A stretch of DNA of 64,000 nucleotides from Octopus bimaculoides (taxonomy: Eukaryota). Made by a program: the position numbers and the translations under genes. Below, one piece after another: positions 1 through 11,295 of the stretch (positions are counted from its first letter, which is position 1; every line of letters begins with the position of its first letter). Where the stretch lies: contig NC_068983.1 of the NCBI RefSeq assembly GCF_001194135.2, forward strand, positions 115,982,886 to 116,046,885, in the 5' to 3' direction. Below the pieces are notes generated by a model. It did no database searches, had not been told where the DNA came from, and saw nothing but the letters and a program-made list of their open reading frames with translations.

Positions 1-31
<31 letters not shown>

Positions 32-188
32 GTATAAATGTGTTTTTATATATGTATATATATATATATATGCATTTATATGTATATACATATATGTATA
101 TATATGTGTATATATATGTATATATGTGTGTATATATATGTATATATATATGCATGTATGTATATATATATATGCATATATGGATATG

Positions 189-255
<67 letters not shown>
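1..255. repeat. Compound (TA)n/(TG)n microsatellite
   Basis: Direct inspection; explains the YIYI/CVCV ORFs at 30-340. Confidence 0.97.
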
Positions 256-256
<1 letters not shown>

Positions 257-616
257 CACACATGCATGCATTCAAATACTCATAACACGTATAAGGTAAG
301 CATCCCAAATTATAACATGCGTCGCTGCTTATATCAGTGAATTATTCGTCAATATAGTTCCAAAGAACGCTTGGATGGACTGAACATTTCACTGTGATGT
401 GACTTTGTCAGAGATACAAGTGCCAGTGGGTTCCCGTTATTCTCATGGTCCATGCAATTGCTAACTTTCCTTCCACATAAAAGTCTCTTTTTAAAAAAGC
501 CATAGAAAAATGCGATTTATGAACCATGATATCTATTATTTTTAGGCAAGACATGATGGTGGATTAGCAGACTCTTGGACCGTAGGCAGTATAAACACAG
601 ACTTGTAACAATTACT

Positions 617-776
617 CCGGTTCTTTACGTTTGAGAATCAAATCTCGCTGCGGTCGACTTTGCTTTCCAATTTCGGGTTCGATAAAATAGAGTACTAGAC
701 AAGTACTAGGGGTCGATTTAATCAACTCATTCCCAACTGCAAGAGTTCGGGCTTTGTGCCTATGTTAGAAACAATT
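617..776 (+). mobile_element. SINE family A, 5'-truncated
   Basis: gtcgactttgcttt...gtcgataaaata...ggggtcgat...ctttgtgcc matches the other family A copies (18257, 19719, 22898). Confidence 0.75.
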
Positions 777-1695
777 ATATTTTTGTTGTTGCTGTTTTAG
801 ATGATGAATATTTGTACTATTTTTAGTTTTACTGTTCGTATTTCCCATAACTTACATTAGAAGTTAAGTAGAAATTGTATTTCGTGCGTATACGTGCGTG
901 TGCATGTAGATATATTCGTAGTTTAACATTGCAGTTATTTTTAGCGCAATGCTAAAACGTCACGTAAAGTTTGACTTTCACAAGCATTTATTATTTTAGC
1001 ATTTGAGGACGTGCCTAACCGGATCCTTAAAGAAGTACCAATCGTATAATAAGATGTCAGATTTTTTTTTTTTAAGTATATCCGTCACCAGACGAAGACT
1101 GCTGTGGTTGTCATTGTCTTTCACTGAAACTTCGATACTAAAACGATTACCTGGTGACTTCGTGGATATGGAAATCATCGCTTTCACATTTTTCCTCATA
1201 AGAATTAAAAGGGATGGGGAGCTTTATCAAGGAAGAGAAACCAGGCTGAAACTCAGTTTGTTTGAAGCATACCACACTAGCCACTTAGAAATTACTTGCA
1301 AAAATAAAACGCAAAACAAAAACACTTTTAGCTGTCATATAATTTTGCATGATGCAAACTGACAAAAGTTACCAGAATAATATTAATTTAATACAGTTAA
1401 TGTAAGAAGTAACGTAAATTAGAATACTTAACAGATACAAGACGCCTCTAATATTTTACACAGGGTGGCAGCGGGCGCTGTAGAGTAAACGGATGGTAAA
1501 CGGATATTGCTACGTGGTTCTATACTCTGTTTAAAGATATTTCTCTTTTATATGTGCCGTTAATACTCTTGGGAAAGCCATGAACCTCATAAACTAGATG
1601 AAAACAGAAATTATTCTGTTCTATGTTTAAGAGATGAGGCATTATTTACATTATTTATATTTGATGGATATTTTGTCCTCATCTTGTTTGTTCTT

Positions 1696-1741
1696 AACAC
1701 AACGTTTCGGTTGATATGCCCTCCAGCCCTCATCAGGAGAA
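1696..1741 (-). ncRNA. Minimal type I hammerhead motif, 5' strand of stem I deleted
   Basis: Minus strand: ctgatga-gggctgg-agggcata-tcaacc-gaaac-gtt-gtgtt; the gacac stem I strand is missing. Confidence 0.55.
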
Positions 1742-1801
1742 ATTTCGAACCTGGGTTCTCATTCCTAAGGTACTTTTTCAATGTTGTTGTTGTTGTTATT
1801 A

Positions 1802-1850
<49 letters not shown>

Positions 1851-1874
1851 CATTATTATTATTACTATTATTAA

Positions 1875-1946
1875 GGTCACTGCCTGGAATCGAACTCGGA
1901 ATCTTGGGGTTAGTAGCCCGCGCCTTTAGCCACTACGCCATATGTC
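1875..1946 (-). other. tRNA-derived Pol III promoter head (not a functional tRNA)
   Basis: A box tggcgtagtgg, anticodon-like arm ggg-ctactaa-ccc, B box gagttcgattcc; acceptor and T stems do not pair properly. Confidence 0.8.
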
Positions 1947-2037
1947 NNNNNNNNNNNNNNNNNNNNNNNNNNNNNNNNNNNNNNNNNNNNNNNNNNNNNN
2001 NNNNNNNNNNNNNNNNNNNNNNNNNNNNNNNNNNNNN

Positions 2038-2094
<57 letters not shown>

Positions 2095-2153
2095 CAACAA
2101 CAACATCGAAAAATACCTTAGGAATGAGAACCCAGGTTCGAAATTTTCCCCAA

Positions 2154-2199
2154 GATACCTGATGAAGGTTGGAGGGCATATCAGCCGAAACGTCGTGTT
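2154..2199 (+). ncRNA. Minimal type I hammerhead ribozyme with intact core (GUC site)
   Basis: gatac|ctgatga|a|ggttgg-agggcata-tcagcc|gaaa|c|gtc|gtgtt: stem I gatac/gtgtt, 6-bp stem II, loopless palindromic stem III; predicted cut after C2194. Confidence 0.8.
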
Positions 2200-2266
2200 A
2201 ACAACAAATAAAATGAGGACAAATATCCATCAAATATAAATAATTTAAATAATGCAAATAAGAAAT

Positions 2267-2330
<64 letters not shown>

Positions 2331-2376
2331 AAGTTCAGAATTTAAATATCGTCAGGATTGACAATGTAATCATCGA

Positions 2377-2523
2377 TTTCTAACATAGATACAAAGCCAC
2401 AAGTTATAAAGGATATTTTTCAATTATATCAACAACAATAATTGACTGGTACTTCATTTTATCGACTCTAGAAAATTCACTATAAAATCGACATTGGCGG
2501 GATTCGATCTCAGAGCGTAAAGC
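2377..2523 (-). mobile_element. SINE family A, degenerate fragment
   Basis: actggtacttcattttatcgac...ggcgggattcgatctcagagcgtaaag matches family A in reverse. Confidence 0.65.
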
Positions 2524-3000
2524 AACGTCACTAAAATAGTGTTTTAACTAATATAAAAGATCGTTGATTCTATAAATCGATGCAACCAGTCAAAATATTA
2601 TCAAACATTAAATTGAATTTTTTTTTATTTACTCAGAGCTGTCCTCTATCCGCCCCATTTATTTATGTTTTACAGTTGTTATATGGTGGAAAAAACCTCT
2701 GCAACAAAACTTCATCCGTTTTTTCATCTAGCCCAGAGACAAACACGTTGCAATTTTTAAGTACTGATTGTTAAACTCATCTCCAATTTAATCAATTATC
2801 AAACCTGATAGCACAATCGAGGCACACTGAGTGGCGGGTTCTTCAACTTTGTAGCAGTCTTCTCGTTTGAGAAAATCTTGTATATTTATATACAAGTCAA
2901 TTTGTATTACTCCAGTCTATTATAAAATCTGTGGTAGAACTGAGCATTAATTGTTTCGTGAACTTTATCCACGGATTGAATTTTGTTTCATTTCTGCAAG

Positions 3001-3123
3001 TTTGTAATGGACAATTACCCACCCTGAAACATCGACAAGCGAGAGTGGTCAACCAGGGTATTCACCAGAAGGTCTGTTACAATTATATAAACCCCATCGA
3101 TTCACAATTGTATACAATAAGTG
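3001..3123 (+). CDS. Candidate isolated phase 1-1 exon (VCNGQLPTLKHRQARVVNQGIHQKVCYNYINPIDSQLYTIS), product unknown
   Basis: Acceptor tttgtttcatttctgcaag|, donor agtg|gtaagt, 123 bp, only one open frame; no homology recognised. Confidence 0.3.
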
Positions 3124-3364
3124 GTAAGTATATCGTCTGCATCACTGAAAGTAAACGTCTGCATTTAGAGAGTTTTGAGTTACAATACAGCAATATTTTT
3201 ACGTATATTACCAGATACTCCAAAATAGCTGTTCACATCTATATACATGATAGATTTGTAACACTGAGCTCTCTAATACACATATCAGTGAAAACAGCCT
3301 TCTACATTCAATGAAGTTTTGGATGCTTGGTGATGCTGTAATATGTTTATGTATATTATCAGTG

Positions 3365-3615
3365 AGTGGAGGACGTGGTTTAGTGGTTAGGGTGTCAGCA
3401 TCATGATCGTAAGATTGTGGTTTCGATTCCTGGACCAGGCGACGCGTTGTGTTCTTGAACAAAACACCTCATTTCACGTTGCTCTAGTCCACTCAGCTGG
3501 CAAAAATGAGTAACGCTGCGGTGGACTGGCGTCTCGTCCAGCTAGGGAACACATACGCCATTGAAACCGGGAAACCGAGCCCATGAGCCTGGCTAGGCTT
3601 TAAAAGGACGCATTT
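3365..3615 (+). mobile_element. tRNA-derived SINE family E, near full length
   Basis: A box tggtttagtgg, B box ggtttcgattcc, central cttgaacaaaacacctc...gtccactcagctg domain. Confidence 0.8.
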
Positions 3616-3619
3616 ATTA

Positions 3620-4330
3620 TATAAAGCACAAATTTCAATCCCAATCAAGGGTTTTATTGCAACTGCCCAGCAAATGATGTTTATCTCTGTGTGTTTGCAA
3701 AACCAGACCCCTATAAGCAGTAACACGCAGAAAAAACCCCCTCAAAGGTATATGGGCAGAAGGCAGTTCAAGAGCGTTGAGGTTTCGTCAAAAGCAGAAG
3801 CCACACGTTGAAGCACTCCGTAGTTTCCACGCGCGACAGAGAACTAACTCTCTACCCAATATATTTAGGAAGAAGGACCTGTCACGTTAAGATAGAGAGG
3901 GTCGGACATCTTATGGCTGTTGGACTGTGTTGGACTGTGTTGAAGAGCAGTGACACTCTCGTCGATGTAAAACTGAGGTTTGGGATAACATCAAAGGTCC
4001 TCCTACAGATGAAACGGGTGACATAGAAAAGATCCCAGGCCTTATCCACTTATCCGAGGAGTGGAGTTGCGTGTTGCAGTTGAGGGTAAAAGGCCCAAGA
4101 TACCACTTGTTCGATGCTGAAAACCACCTAACAGCTTTCTGTCAACAACGAAGTACAGGGATGAGGATACACGTATTAGTGCCAACACTACAGCCCCAAC
4201 AACAACAGTATCGTAAAGAAGTAGTAGCAACAAAAACAACACAGACAACTACATCTATAATATCAACACCAGCAGCAGCAACATCAAGAGCAACGATACT
4301 AACAGAACTAAAACCCACCACCCTAGAAAT
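3620..4330 (+). pseudogene. Degenerate retroelement ORF1-like relic (RRM-like region + decayed zinc knuckle)
   Basis: RELTLYPIYLGRRTCHVKIERV aligns with EAVLLPVYLRRRTFRVRVEEI at ~8180; VKGPRYHLFDAENHLTAFC aligns with the knuckle at 8425; followed by a Q/T-rich linker. Confidence 0.65.
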
Positions 4331-4339
4331 TTTTCAACC

Positions 4340-4378
<39 letters not shown>

Positions 4379-4891
4379 GTTTGANNNNNNNNNNNNNNNN
4401 NNNNNNNNNNNNNNNNNNNNNNNNNNNNNNNNNNNNNNNNNNNNNNNNNNNNNNNNNNNNNNNNNNNNNNNNNNNNNNNNNNNNNNNNNNNNNNNNNNNN
4501 NNNNNNNNNNNNNNNNNNNNNNNNNNNNNNNNNNNNNNNNNNNNNNNNNNNNNNNNNNNNNNNNNNNNNNNNNNNNNNNNNNNNNNNNNNNNNNNNNNNN
4601 CAACAAGCTAAATGAAATACACAATCACAACAGCATCACCAAAAGCCACACTCATACTAAGCACAGATAACCTGGAGGTGGCGCTTAGAGAGGGCATTGC
4701 GACTGACGTGCTGGCGGCGAGATCATTGGCCTTTCGAAGCATGAAGATTGCATTGTCAGAGCTAGGGCACTTGCTCTAAGGCATGAAGAAACGAAAGCTG
4801 TTCGAAACACCACGATAACAGAAGTGCAACTTGGCAACGATTCGATGCTATTCGAGAGGGCTGTGTGATATTCGATTCCAAGTAGATGTAT

Positions 4892-5015
4892 ACGGCCCTT
4901 CGGAGTCGATAAAAGAAGTGCCAGTTAAGCACTGGGCTCAGTATAATCGGACTAACCCACTCCTCATAAAATGTCAGACCTTGCGTTTGTAATAGAAAGA
5001 ATTATTGTAATAGAA
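4892..5015 (+). mobile_element. SINE family A 3' fragment
   Basis: ttcggagtcgataaaagaagtgccagtt...ccttgcgtttgtaatagaaag. Confidence 0.6.
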
Positions 5016-5879
5016 AGAATTATTATTATAAAAACAAAACTTAAACACAATGTGACGAAGAATAACATCTACAAACAGTTTAAGATTGCTTCAGCTGGTC
5101 GATCGAAAACAAAAGCTATCTTATTACACGGATGTATATAAAATACGAACAGAAACTTTTAAAGAATATTTTATTTTCGTCATGGAAATCTTTGCGGCTC
5201 CACCTTTATTTACATATATTTGATTTCATCGACTGAAATTCCCTACTGTGATGCTTGCTATATCATCCTAGAATGTTTCCATTAGAAAGACAGCCGAGCG
5301 ACAGCACATATTTCAGTCTTGAAAGTATAATGCTCTTAACCAGTGCCTTTACTTTCCAATGATACTTAATCGCAAAATATAGTTTATTCCACATCATTCA
5401 TGGGGGTTTCAGTGAAATATATATTAAATATGATGCTATGCTACGAATACAGCGATAGATCTGTGTATGTTTATACGTGCGTGTGTGTATTTAAATAAAC
5501 TGAGATAAGTTTCGGTCAGTATTGGCCTAATTTACTCATCATTTCTCTCTCCCTCTCTCTCTCTCTCTAATTTTGCGCGCGGTCCCAACTAAAATACTGA
5601 CGTTAAGTGATTGCTCGTATTACGGAGATCATATCGTTGCTGTACCTTTCTTTGTTGGGAGAAAGCTGCGTATTGAATAAATGAAGCAAACTCACGACCT
5701 TCAATATTTATTGCCGGGCATAATACATTTGGTATTGGTTATTTACAATGAAAGATATTAATAATTGCCGACTGGAAGGATGGAAAACACTGCACCACGT
5801 CTATAGGAACTATTTATAGGATATTGCGTGAATGTTCAGAACTGGTCTGCCTGTGTAAAAGTCCGAGACTATCTGCTCA

Positions 5880-6045
5880 AGTGCCGGAAGTCATCTGCTT
5901 GGTGAGGTGTGTGAATCAGTCGGCTGCTCTCAACATTCTGTCTCGTGAACTGGACACCAATCAGTTTATATGTGGCAACAAGAGGGTAAATTCTAGAACA
6001 CCAGAGAAGCAGTATTACGTCACGGCTTCACTCTGATTGGTCGGT
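5880..6045. promoter_or_regulatory. Promoter-like motif cluster (ETS, two CCAAT, CRE-like)
   Basis: ccggaagt 5884-5891, ccaat 5957-5961, ttacgtca 6015-6022, attgg 6036-6040 in non-repetitive DNA. Confidence 0.3.
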
Positions 6046-6628
6046 TTATAGATCAATCTCGTGAAATTGTGGTGGCTCACTCGTAGTGCCTAACCGAGTA
6101 ACTAACGGTTATGGTTCGACCCCCCCCCCCTCGTTACAATACTTTTGTAGCTTGTGGTATCTCACACCAAACAAAATATTGTAAAAATTGAGGTTCCCCA
6201 GGAGACAGCTACCAAATAAATAAATGAATAAGTGTCTTCATAAAATACCCAGAGTCTATTCTCTTCGACGGCACCGTGAACGCTGCGTACCATAAAGAAA
6301 ATATTCCATCGGCGTTGCCCGAGTAAGACACCGTACTAAACGCCCACTACAGAAATGGAACACAAATCATGTAACGATGTTGCGTTACTACTTTTCTATC
6401 TCAGCTAACTCTGCTCTATTCAATACTATCCTGAACCAGATCAAGGAAGATGTCCCATAACCGTGAAGCGGTATCTGGAAAAATCCTACAACAAATGCAA
6501 GATCTCAGGATATGTTTGGGCAAGAATAGCTGTCTTGTGAGCGGATTCAAGTTTAGCTCCACTGTCTCATGTAGGCATATCAGTATTCACGGATATATAA
6601 ATGTTCTATTTTTATAGCTGGGCATTGC

Positions 6629-6683
<55 letters not shown>

Positions 6684-6887
6684 CTCTTATTTCTGTATTT
6701 TGCGATTCTAGAAGTAGCAGCTAAACCCTCATTCAATCAAATCTTACGGACAATTGTACATATGTATACATGTTTGTATAGGCTAACTCTGGAGCCTTTA
6801 CTTGATATCTCACTCTGTTAGAAATAGCAGCCATATTACCCCCCTCCTCCAAAAAAAACTCACCCTCAACTGTTTCATATATCCATA

Positions 6888-7405
6888 TGGGAAAAAAGAG
6901 AAGGAAGAGGAGAAAGAGAACACATGTGGTAAAGGACGACGCACAACCCACACTCACTCGGCTCCCACCCACACCCATTCTACCCCAACCACTCCTACAG
7001 ACACCAACCCTCCCCATACCCCACCTGACATAAACACAAGAACAAACACAGGATCCCCAAATATCCCCACCCCGGCCCATGGATAAATTTGTTATATAAC
7101 AGGAATAAAGAACATTGCAACAAGATAAAGCCATGGAACAAAGCAATAGTAGTGGACATAACAAGTGGAGGGTTGCCCGAGGACGTTTGCTGAGCAGTGG
7201 CGGACCCGGAGTACCTCTCAAGATTGATAAATTACGAATTAGAAACTGATTTCGATTGGTGGGTTACGAAAATGCACACCAGCAAAATACCTCAAAGAGT
7301 AAGTTATCCTTACATTTTAAAGGAACTGGACATAGACATTTTCCAAAAAAGTGGAAACTAGCTGTCATAAAGGCATTATCAATGGTAGTAAATTAAAAAA
7401 AAAAA
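6888..7405 (+). mobile_element. ORF1-only retroelement, 5'-truncated unit (P/T-rich linker, C-terminal domain, poly-A)
   Basis: 6888-7075 is a diverged direct repeat of 8618-8800; the frame continues as PWINLLYNRNKEHC...FDWWVTKMH; A11 run at 7395-7405. Confidence 0.6.
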
Positions 7406-8815
7406 GGTTGTATCAACAGGTTCAATGAAGACGCTCGGAGGTGGGGCCGAGCGGCTTCATTCCATCTTTTCATTATATTCAATTCATCTTTTCAATTCCT
7501 TTTGTTTTTTTGTCCCCACCTTGTGCTGTCCCCTCTATGTACGGCCTTCATGGCTAATTTCATGAAATGAAGAAGCTTGCTTCCGGTATAGCGTTTGTCA
7601 GTTGGATTGTTGGTTTTGTTTGTTACACACGTGTTTTTTGGGGGGGTTTTTTGCTGTCTTGGCGGTGCGACGTTTTTCCTCTTGTGTAATGGAGGGGCGC
7701 CGATTGAGGAGTTACGAAAGTTTGAATTGTTCTGTTTCAAACGTTGTAAACTGTCCTTCTTCGGACTTTGTATCGTCTGAGGATAAATAGTGGAGTGTCT
7801 AAAGAAGATAGACGAAGCAATGGAAATAAGGAGTTATGCTGCAGCAACAAAAGAAAAAAGCGAAGACGTGAGGCTGGAAGATGTGAACAAGTTCAAGGGA
7901 ATGCTTTAAAGGGAGGGGAACGAAGTAAAGGTGTTCCTCCCCCACAAAGAAGTTTTAAAGGCAGCAGTAGAAAGAACAATAATCTACTGAACATACTCAG
8001 TGGCTGCAAGGAAGATCGAGATCATGTCAACGACCCAAATAGAATTGGCACTGAGACCAATCTGGCAAGGGATTTCCTACCTTGCCAGAGGAAAGAAGTT
8101 TGGAACGGTGGAGGTACAGTTCAGAAAGGTAGCTACCGCCAGGTTGCACTCATCAACATCGCTGAAAACAAATGAGGCGGTTCTTCTACCCGTATACCTT
8201 AGGAGACGTACTTTCAGGGTTAGGGTGGAGGAAATACCCCCAGAAGTGGATGTAACCTGGCTGGTGGCTGCCATGAAGGAGAACACCCCATAGGAACTGG
8301 CAGGCACAAACCCTTGATATGGTAGTGCATAGAAGTTGCGGAAGAAGAAATTGAAAAGATGGCCGAGACCGTCACAGTCGGAGAGACAATATTGAAAGTC
8401 AGAGTGGAAGGGAGGATTCCTTGGTGCTATAAATGTGGCCTTTCAGACCACATTAGAGCGGATTGTCCTCCACCACTAGAAAAGGCTAAGAAGAGACAGA
8501 GTGGAAAAGTGATTGGTACTCCACTGCCCGTGGAGGAAAAACAAAGTGATGTGGCATCACAGACGAAAACAAGTACCAGCGTCGAGGAAGAGGAAGCGAA
8601 TACCAGCTTAGAAATGGTGGGGAAAAAAGAGAAGAAAAAGGAGAAAGAGGACACACGTGGTAAAAGATGACCCCCAACCCACACCCACCCGGCCCCCACC
8701 TACATCCACTCTACCCAACCACTCCCTACAAACACCAACCCTCCCCATGACATAAAAACAAGTGCAAACACACAGGAGCCTCAAACTTACCCACCCCCAC
8801 CCTCGAAGGAAGTAC
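7406..8815 (+). mobile_element. ORF1-type non-LTR retroelement unit (L1/Tx1-like ORF1), 3' end in gap
   Basis: Leader, then ORF from ATG 7820 (MEIRSYAAA...) with three stops and a frameshift; CX2CX4HX4C knuckle CYKCGLSDHIRADC at 8425-8466. Confidence 0.75.
7820..8670 (+). pseudogene. Disrupted ORF1/gag-like nucleic-acid-binding protein
   Basis: SYAAA N-terminal motif, RRM-like FGTVEVQF and RVRVEEIPPEV segments, GRIPWCYKCG...H...C knuckle typical of Tx1/L1 ORF1p. Confidence 0.7.
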
Positions 8816-8940
8816 NNNNNNNNNNNNNNNNNNNNNNNNNNNNNNNNNNNNNNNNNNNNNNNNNNNNNNNNNNNNNNNNNNNNNNNNNNNNNNNNNNNNN
8901 NNNNNNNNNNNNNNNNNNNNNNNNNNNNNNNNNNNNNNNN

Positions 8941-8976
<36 letters not shown>

Positions 8977-9263
8977 ATGTCACGGATACAGTCTGGTCAG
9001 TTTTGTCTCATCCGGCAGAATTGTAAATTCTGGAATTTCCTCCAGTTCTGGTGGTATGGCTTGAATTGTCGCCACACTAGTTTTGTACTTTTTTCTCTTC
9101 GAACTCCAGCAGTGTCACCTTCTCCTTCATATTGGAGTAAGCGGCTGCCAGAAGCCGTGAGTAAATTAAAAACATTCCGAGCCGAATCCGGGCGTGCAAT
9201 CCTGAAATTTTGGATTCCTAAGTTTTCTTTACTGCAATTGTTTTCGCCGATTTTTTTTTTTAC

Positions 9264-9358
9264 ATGATTTTTTTCGACGAATATGATTCTGAAGGAAACA
9301 ACTGCAACAAATTCTCCAAAACAAGTCAGAAATCTGTGTGCAGATCTTCCCATTCGAG
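9264..9358 (+). other. Candidate first exon ending in a strong donor
   Basis: cattcgag|gtaagtt at 9358/9359; short ATG-led frames MIFFDEYDSEG... or MILKETTATN... reach the donor. Confidence 0.25.
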
Positions 9359-9442
9359 GTAAGTTGCTTAAAAGTATATACTAGCTTAAAAGTCGCCCGA
9401 TAGGCTACTTTCAGTTTCTGTCTACCATATCTATTCACGAGG

Positions 9443-9527
9443 CTTTGATCGACCCGAGGCTATAGTAGAAAACACTACTACTGAACCCGGAACTACGTGG
9501 TTGGGAAGTGAACTTCTTACCATACAG
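9443..9527 (-). mobile_element. SINE family B head fragment
   Basis: Reverse complement of ggtaagaag...cccaaccac...ctactatagcctcggg. Confidence 0.65.
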
Positions 9528-10101
9528 TGTATGTAGTTTTTTATGAAAACTGAAACTCAAGTCTCTTTTACAACAGGTATTGAGCACTTCTCTTTCATTC
9601 GTCCGACATTAAGCAACGTACATATGTGTGTGTGTACACAGACATACACGCACACACACACACGCACATATATATACACGTACATATATATATATATATA
9701 CACATACATATATCTATATCTGTAGATATCTCTCTATATATATTTATGTATATTACAATTAAAAGGGTAAAGGTTTATCTATTTATTAATTTATTAATAA
9801 ATTAACAATTAATAATTTTTACCAAGCCCTTCGGTATGTAAACACCATTATCGGTGGAGAACTCATTTAAAAGTTCTTATACATTTATAAACATAATTAA
9901 GGGATCAGCAAAACAATTGCTTCACCACATACCGAAGTTCAGTATGANNNNNNNNNNNNNNNNNNNNNNNNNNNNNNNNNNNNNNNNNNNNNNNNNNNNN
10001 NNNNNNNNNNNNNNNNNNNNNNNNNNNNNNNNNNNNNNNNNNNNNNNNNNNNNNNNNNNNNNNNNNNNNNNNNNNNNNNNNNNNNNNNNNNNNNNNNNNN
10101 N

Positions 10102-10136
<35 letters not shown>

Positions 10137-10659
10137 TTAAAATGAATTGAAAACTGATTTCGGTCCGGTATTTTCTAAGTAGATTCAAATATAAAGTTCT
10201 TGCTGTTTTTTTGTTTTTTGTTTGTTTTTTTTAACTTCCGCCCTAAAACTGGAAGTAGTTCCGGCTAGAAAAGAACGGAAGTGCCGTTCACAGGATTTAA
10301 CATTAGGTTGTACTGACCACTTCAGAAAAATGCCACCGAAAGGTCACTTTCGTTTTAGTACGTCTACTTTCCCTCTTTTATACTTGACTTATGATGTTAA
10401 GGACAAACACTAATGTTTAGGAGAACAGAAAAAAAAGAAAAGAAAATGAGAAAGAGAAGAAAAGGAGAAAGAAAGAAACACGTGACCTAGAAGTTAAAAG
10501 GAAATCCCATAAGAAATAGATTTAGTTATCTTGATTATTTTTGTACACTTTCATTCATTGAGATTTTCTGTAAGTTGTAGATATTTTATAAATATAGACA
10601 GAGTTTGACCTCATCAGGTCATGTCTTGTAAATCCTCATATCTGATTTGTCCATATTTC

Positions 10660-11125
10660 CACATACATACATACATACATATCTATCTATCTATCTATCT
10701 ATCTATTTATTATATACACCCATACAAATATATACACATATGTACGTACATTCATACGTATATACATACACACATACATATGGTCATACATACATACATA
10801 CATACATACATATAGTGTGTAGTAGTATGCGTGTGAGTGGTATGTATATATATATGTATACATACATACATACATACATACATACATACATACATAAACT
10901 CACACTGACAGTTATATATACACGATTTTGTCTTCGCATGCATACATTCAGTTATTTGTATGTATTTGTGTATATGTGTGTACGCGCGTGTATGCATCTG
11001 TCTGAGTTTGCACGCGTATGTGACGTGAAATCTTTTTCGATGAAATACTCTCGTACAAGTATACGCAAGTAGGTACTTTCGTACAGAAGCACCGACATGT
11101 ACAAATTCATGCATATATTTTTTTA

Positions 11126-11170
<45 letters not shown>

Positions 11171-11229
11171 ATGTGTATGCGTGCGTTCATGACTCAATGT
11201 GTTTTTATTGTTGCATGATTAGAAGCAGC

Positions 11230-11294
<65 letters not shown>

Positions 11295-11295
11295 G
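10660..11295. repeat. Cluster of (ATAC)n, (ATCT)n, (TG)n and (GATA)n microsatellites
   Basis: Direct inspection. Confidence 0.9.

Larger units (their letters stand above)
1611..2240. mobile_element. Head-to-head palindromic element: tRNA-derived head + (AAT)n + hammerhead arm, copy 1 (centre in gap)
   Basis: 1611-1946 is the reverse complement of the unit seen forward at 2038-2240; same architecture as 19173-19700. Confidence 0.85.

Noticed and set aside
979-1200. Short exon-like stretches on both strands (AFEDVPNRILKEVPIV*; EKCESDDFHIHEVT)
   Set aside because: Too short, with no partner exons or homology.
1875-1946. tRNA gene with ACT anticodon
   Set aside because: Acceptor and T stems do not pair, and it is the head of a repeated element.
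1781-2105. CRISPR-like or satellite array
   Set aside because: Simple trinucleotide repeats; there is no repeat-spacer structure anywhere in the window.
4775-4825. atgaaga...ttcgaaac hammerhead-like string
   Set aside because: The core starts with A, there is no NUH site and no stem I.
7406-7575. Canonical HDV-like ribozyme
   Set aside because: P2 cannot be placed next to P3, and the P1.1 GG and catalytic C do not fit in one register; kept only as an unexplained structure.
10560-10625. CUGAUGA on the minus strand (gacc-tgatga-ggtc)
   Set aside because: No stem II/GAAA/stem III arrangement, and no D box partner for a snoRNA.
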